Below are positions 60,542 to 64,000 of a DNA stretch of 64,000 nt, in pieces. A model generated the notes under the pieces. The model searched no databases. It was not told the origin of the DNA and was given only the letters and a program-made list of their open reading frames with translations. A program made the translations under genes and the position numbers. Source of the stretch: Bugula neritina (lineage: Eukaryota; Animalia; Bryozoa); contig CAXIUT010000183.1 in NCBI GenBank assembly GCA_964035545.1, positions 1,178,001 to 1,242,000 on the forward strand, written 5' to 3'. Position 1 is the stretch's first letter. Each line of letters opens with the position of its first letter.

Positions 60542-60681
60542 TAGGATCAGTCACAGACCATGAAATTCTTGCACCAATCCGCTGACCCCTCCGCGCACCA
60601 GCCCGTCCCCCGAAAAACGGTTGAATGCAGACCCCTCCAGCGACACGAGCGTACACGCGGCCAAGAAGGTAGATCAGTCAT

Positions 60682-63600
60682 TTATGGGTTCACTTCAGTT
60701 AATAAAGCCAACCTATGCACGCTGCGGGTTATGATATTGTCTTTACAGCCTACATAGTCCCTCAGTTTCCCTGCTACCTTATAGTTTTTGTAGGAAAGGG
60801 CTACTTTCCTTACTACGCCATCCTTGCTCGGATATACTTGATGTACTCGAGCTAGTTTATACTGATTACGCAGCTGATTTGGATCCATAACCACTACAAC
60901 ATCTCCCACCTGAAAGTTTCGTCTTGGGGTATGCCACTTTTGGTGATGAATGAGTGTGGGTGCATACAATTCGGTCCACTTCCGCCAGAAGTCATCTGAG
61001 ACTGTATTTACCAAAGCCAGTCGCCCCCTTAAGGAGTAGTCTGTATTCCAGTTGCCAGGATTCTTGATGAAGGGTCGTCCAGTAAGTTGACAGTTAGGTG
61101 TTAATATGTTGATCTCGGAGTCTGAATCTGGCAGTAATCCCAATGGCCTCTCGTTTGGTGTGTTTGCAGCTTCAGTGCAGATTGTGAGAAGTTCTGTAGG
61201 TGAAAGCCGGCGGTTGCTCATTGAAAATGTGAAACATCTCTTGACAGCCTTTATGAGTGATTCAGCAGCGCCCTGATACCAGGGGCTGTCACCAGGTCCA
61301 AATTCCCATTGCAACCCAATTTCTGCACTGGTTTTCTTGATGGAACCTTTGTCCATGCGTCTCCACATATCTTTGAGTTCTTTTTCTGCTCCAGCTAACT
61401 GTGTTCCAGGAACAGAATAAATCTTGGATGGCCAGCCACGAATGTTGACAAATCGAGTTAATGCCAACAGGAAAGAATCACTGTCATATCCGAAAACTGC
61501 TTCGATGTGTGCTGCTCGTGAACTGATGTCTGTGAATATTACTCCATAAGCTTTGCTCGAAGTTCTAGTCTGTTTTTCTCCTCTCACAATATACGGACCA
61601 AAAAGATCTATCATTACATTGTTGAACGGCGGTCCGGTCGTTAGTCGTTCTGTAGGTAGACTTCCCATCAGTTGATCAGTAAAGCGAGGTTGTTTGAGTC
61701 GACACATTTGGCATGATGTTACTATGCCCCTAGCAACCTTAGATCCCTGCATAGTCCAAAACTCTTCTCGGAATCTTGCGAGTGTTGCATCTCGGCCACG
61801 GTGATAGCTGTCTGTATGTGCCTGCCGCATTGCCAAGTAGGTAAAGTAGTGAGTGGTGGGAAGGATTGATTGCATGTGCGTCTTAATCGCTGTCATGGGG
61901 TTATGCCTTAGGAGTCTACTGCCTACTATCCATACTTCACTCTCTGTCTTAATGGGGTGAAGCCTTGTGTATTTCCCTTTAATCTTGCTCAACTCAGAAT
62001 CTATAGTGCGTTGTACCTGCTTCAGTAAGTAGAGTTTGGCCTGCCGTAGATCTTCCACGGTGATGAGATCAGATTGGATTCCCTTAAAACTTTTGTATTT
62101 GAAGATGTTGCGAACTCGAGCTATTGTCCATGTTAGACTCTTGAGGCTGCTGAAATTTTCATATTTAATAAATGATTGGACTTCTGTTGATGCAGTGACG
62201 GTGTAAACTATTTTCTTCTCTCCAAAGACAAGCTCATTCGAGTCAGATGGCGATTTTATATCCCATTGATCCTCAGGCAGATAGAGAAAATTTGGGCCTC
62301 TCCACCATTCACTCTCAGGTTCAATGTCATTGACAGGCTTCCCTCTTGTAAGCCAATCTGCTGTGTTTTCCTTGCCACTTACCCAGTGCCAGCAGCTCAT
62401 ATCCCCATTGGTTGCTCCCTGAATTTCTCCGATGCGTACACCCTCGTAAACATGAAACCTTGTTGACTTCTTTTGGAGCATCTTGAACACCGTTTCAGAA
62501 TCTATAAGCTGATAAACTTTCTCAAACTCATAGCGCATTTCAGTCTTAATAACTTGTCTGCCTCTCTTTGACCATACGGCCGCATTGAGTTTTAGTTGAG
62601 GAATCTTGAGTTGTCGTTTTATGGGTGCTATACGACATTTAGCCGTAGCTTTGTTTACCCCTTTAGCAGTCACTTTAGATTCTGCCCTCTCATTGGCCGA
62701 AACAGGCGTGGATTGTGTGATAGAGGTACTGCTAGTAAATTCATACTTTCTTTTAATCTTTATAGACATGGACGTAGAGTCATTGACTTCTAAAGATCTG
62801 TTCAACTGTCCAGAACCGATTTGTTCTGCAAACTCAGTGACTGGGTCTCCCGGGCTCTGTAACGGGTCTGAGTCATTGGCTGACTCAATCATACAACATT
62901 CAGTGGCTATAGTATGTGATTCACTACAATCTATAATAGCCTGAGGTCTTGAAAATGACTCTGCAAACTGACTGGGAGATGTGTCGGGACTATAGATACT
63001 GTAGGCCGGCGAAGAAACTGTAGACAAGTCTAAATCACAACTGTTGAGCGTGTCGTTGTGAATGATTTGAGAAAATTCAACTTTCTCTAACTTCTCATGC
63101 GTCATGGTAGCCTGTACATGAAAGGATGAGGATGGAAGTGTAGAAAAGTTGCTAAGGGCCGGGTGTGATCCCTGCACACACAGTCCAAAGGGTCCAGAAT
63201 ATACATAGAGGTGCGGTCCTGCTTGATCAACTTGATGTTTTGGATGCAATCCAAGAAGATCGTTACCAATTAGCAGGTCGATAGGTCCCGTCTTCTTCAA
63301 TAGCTTGCTAGTGTCTACTTTTGGAAACAGAGATCCGAGTATGTTTGCATCAAGTGGCCTGTTGATAGCCCCTGTGAGTTTCCGAAGGCTGTAAGCTAAA
63401 ATCGCAAAGGTCCTTCCTTTTGGAGTTTGTAACTTTACTTCATAAATAGTAGAAGTTTCACTAACTTCATGTTCACCAAGTGTGTTCATTTCCAAATTCA
63501 CCTTATCTATCTGTCGCGCACCCCACGCTTTAGCAGCTCTCTCCGATATGAATGACGCATTGGATCCGCCGTCAAAGAATATAATAGCTGTATGAGATGT

Positions 63601-63999
63601 ACCCACTACTTGAGCCTGCTGAATGGCAAATACTGTCGCATTTCCTGGATGATTGTGCGCTCCATGATTGGGAGACACACGGACCGTGGTGCTAACAGCA
63701 GACGCTTCAGAATTCTCGTTACTCTTGTGCTTAATTTGATCAGCTTTTGCTTTATTCTTGTTGGTATTACAATTGGTATGTGTATTAGTTTCAGCTGATT
63801 TGATGCACAATAATACATGGTGGGTTGTTTTATCACAGACTGAACAAGGGGTTCGGAAATTTGGACAACGCTTAGGCTCATGGGCACCCAAGCACCTAAC
63901 ACATAGAGAATTAGTTTTTATTAACTTGTATCTTTCATCTACAGACAACGCCAAGAAATTTCTGCACTCAACAAGACAATGACGCTCACTGCGATGAAT
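60682..63999 (-). CDS. BEL/Pao Gag-Pol polyprotein, 5'-partial: Gag Zn knuckles, aspartic protease, partial RNase H, integrase, DUF5641-like C-terminus; reverse transcriptase absent
   Basis: The track ORF is 60682..63954 (1090 aa), but its 'M' is a TTG codon. The frame stays open upstream to the window edge (IHRSERHCLVECRNF-LALSVDERY), so the true start lies outside the window. The stop is TAA at 60682-60684. Confidence 0.9.
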   Translation of the reverse strand: MHRSERHCLVECRNFLALSVDERYKLIKTNSLCVRCLGAHEPKRCPNFRTPCSVCDKTTHHVLLCIKSAETNTHTNCNTNKNKAKADQIKHKSNENSEASAVSTTVRVSPNHGAHNHPGNATVFAIQQAQVVGTSHTAIIFFDGGSNASFISERAAKAWGARQIDKVNLEMNTLGEHEVSETSTIYEVKLQTPKGRTFAILAYSLRKLTGAINRPLDANILGSLFPKVDTSKLLKKTGPIDLLIGNDLLGLHPKHQVDQAGPHLYVYSGPFGLCVQGSHPALSNFSTLPSSSFHVQATMTHEKLEKVEFSQIIHNDTLNSCDLDLSTVSSPAYSIYSPDTSPSQFAESFSRPQAIIDCSESHTIATECCMIESANDSDPLQSPGDPVTEFAEQIGSGQLNRSLEVNDSTSMSIKIKRKYEFTSSTSITQSTPVSANERAESKVTAKGVNKATAKCRIAPIKRQLKIPQLKLNAAVWSKRGRQVIKTEMRYEFEKVYQLIDSETVFKMLQKKSTRFHVYEGVRIGEIQGATNGDMSCWHWVSGKENTADWLTRGKPVNDIEPESEWWRGPNFLYLPEDQWDIKSPSDSNELVFGEKKIVYTVTASTEVQSFIKYENFSSLKSLTWTIARVRNIFKYKSFKGIQSDLITVEDLRQAKLYLLKQVQRTIDSELSKIKGKYTRLHPIKTESEVWIVGSRLLRHNPMTAIKTHMQSILPTTHYFTYLAMRQAHTDSYHRGRDATLARFREEFWTMQGSKVARGIVTSCQMCRLKQPRFTDQLMGSLPTERLTTGPPFNNVMIDLFGPYIVRGEKQTRTSSKAYGVIFTDISSRAAHIEAVFGYDSDSFLLALTRFVNIRGWPSKIYSVPGTQLAGAEKELKDMWRRMDKGSIKKTSAEIGLQWEFGPGDSPWYQGAAESLIKAVKRCFTFSMSNRRLSPTELLTICTEAANTPNERPLGLLPDSDSEINILTPNCQLTGRPFIKNPGNWNTDYSLRGRLALVNTVSDDFWRKWTELYAPTLIHHQKWHTPRRNFQVGDVVVVMDPNQLRNQYKLARVHQVYPSKDGVVRKVALSYKNYKVAGKLRDYVGCKDNIITRSVHRLALLTEVNP
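61050..61825 (-). other. Integrase (HHCC Zn finger plus DDE core)
   Basis: AHTDSYHRG...CQMC. D1 in IDLFGP at 61606-61608, the D2 position reads Val (IYSVPGTQ, GTT at 61411-61413), and E in QGAAESLIK at 61261-61263. Confidence 0.9.
62250..62646 (-). other. C-terminal remnant of Pao-type RNase H
   Basis: TAKCRIAP, IPQLKLNAA (consensus IPRLEL.AA), IDSETV, ENTADWLTRG and WWRGPNFL are present. The N-terminal (F)xDAS motif is absent. Confidence 0.85.
63168..63640 (-). other. Aspartic protease domain (Pao/DUF1758-like)
   Basis: AIIFFDGGSNASFI with the catalytic Asp codon GAC at 63571-63573, followed by IDLLIGND and GPFGLCVQG. Confidence 0.85.
63805..63999 (-). other. Gag C-terminal Cys/His zinc-knuckle cluster (BEL type)
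   Basis: ..HRSERHCLVEC, CVRCLGAHEPKRC and CSVCDKTTHHVLLC match the three-knuckle arrangement typical of BEL/Pao Gag. Confidence 0.85.
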
Positions 64000-64000
64000 A

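Larger units (their letters stand above)
60002..60655 (-). repeat. Putative 3' LTR (~654 bp; inner boundary uncertain, alternative 60600)
   Basis: Lies between the ORF stop and the satellite. The + strand reads TGTA (60002) ... TACA (60652-60655), a TGTA..TACA terminal inverted repeat. The partner LTR is outside the window, so the boundary is unverified. Confidence 0.65.
60002..64000 (-). mobile_element. BEL/Pao LTR retrotransposon, 3' portion (5' end outside the window), internally deleted and probably non-autonomous
   Basis: Single gag-pol ORF in PR-(RT)-RH-IN order with BEL/Pao signatures: triple Zn knuckle, AKCRIAP..IPQLKL, WHWVSGKENTADWLTRG, WWRGPNFL, IDLFGP and FWRKWTELY. The non-coding 3' region ends in ...ACA at the satellite junction. 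Confidence 0.95.

Noticed and set aside
60575-60665. Self-cleaving ribozyme (HDV-like or hammerhead) in the GC-rich 3' segment
   Set aside because: There is no CUGANGA/GAAA core, and I could not build the HDV nested double pseudoknot by eye. An Infernal/Rfam scan would settle it.
60560-63982. Short ORFs overlapping the retrotransposon (60560+, 62266+, 62596+, 62606+, 63592+, 63606-, 63758+)
   Set aside because: They are antisense or alternative-frame shadows of the polyprotein, 65-112 aa, with no recognisable motifs.
60682-63999. Domesticated host gene, or a Gypsy/Copia/DNA-transposon assignment
   Set aside because: The motifs and domain order are BEL/Pao-specific. The LTR-like end abutting satellite and the absence of introns indicate a mobile copy rather than a host gene.

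Overview
The window has two parts. (1) Bases 1 to ~60001 are one uninterrupted, single-orientation satellite array of about 6000 10-bp monomers. Two monomer types, ACTGYAACAY and ACTGAAATAY, mostly alternate as a 20-bp dimer. They are organised into nested higher-order repeats: 250-bp (25-monomer) modules, then 540 bp, then 1272/1518/2058 bp, then 3330/3669/3393 bp, then a ~22-kb duplication. An older, divergent patch lies at ~55.8-58.1 kb. The architecture resembles centromeric or pericentromeric heterochromatin (inference). All minus-strand ORFs in the array are artefacts of the repeat. (2) Bases 60002-64000 are the 3' part of a BEL/Pao LTR retrotransposon on the minus strand, which suggests a metazoan host, joined sharply to the satellite. 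Its single ORF is open to the window edge and encodes Gag zinc knuckles, an aspartic protease, a Ser/Thr-rich linker, the C-terminal part of RNase H, integrase and a DUF5641-like tail. Reverse transcriptase is missing without any frameshift, and catalytic acidic residues of RNase H and integrase are substituted, so this copy looks non-autonomous. I found no host genes, RNA genes or CRISPR arrays, and I cannot claim a new biological system. The best candidates for novelty are the RT-less open-frame BEL element in the satellite and the multi-tier 10-bp satellite itself.
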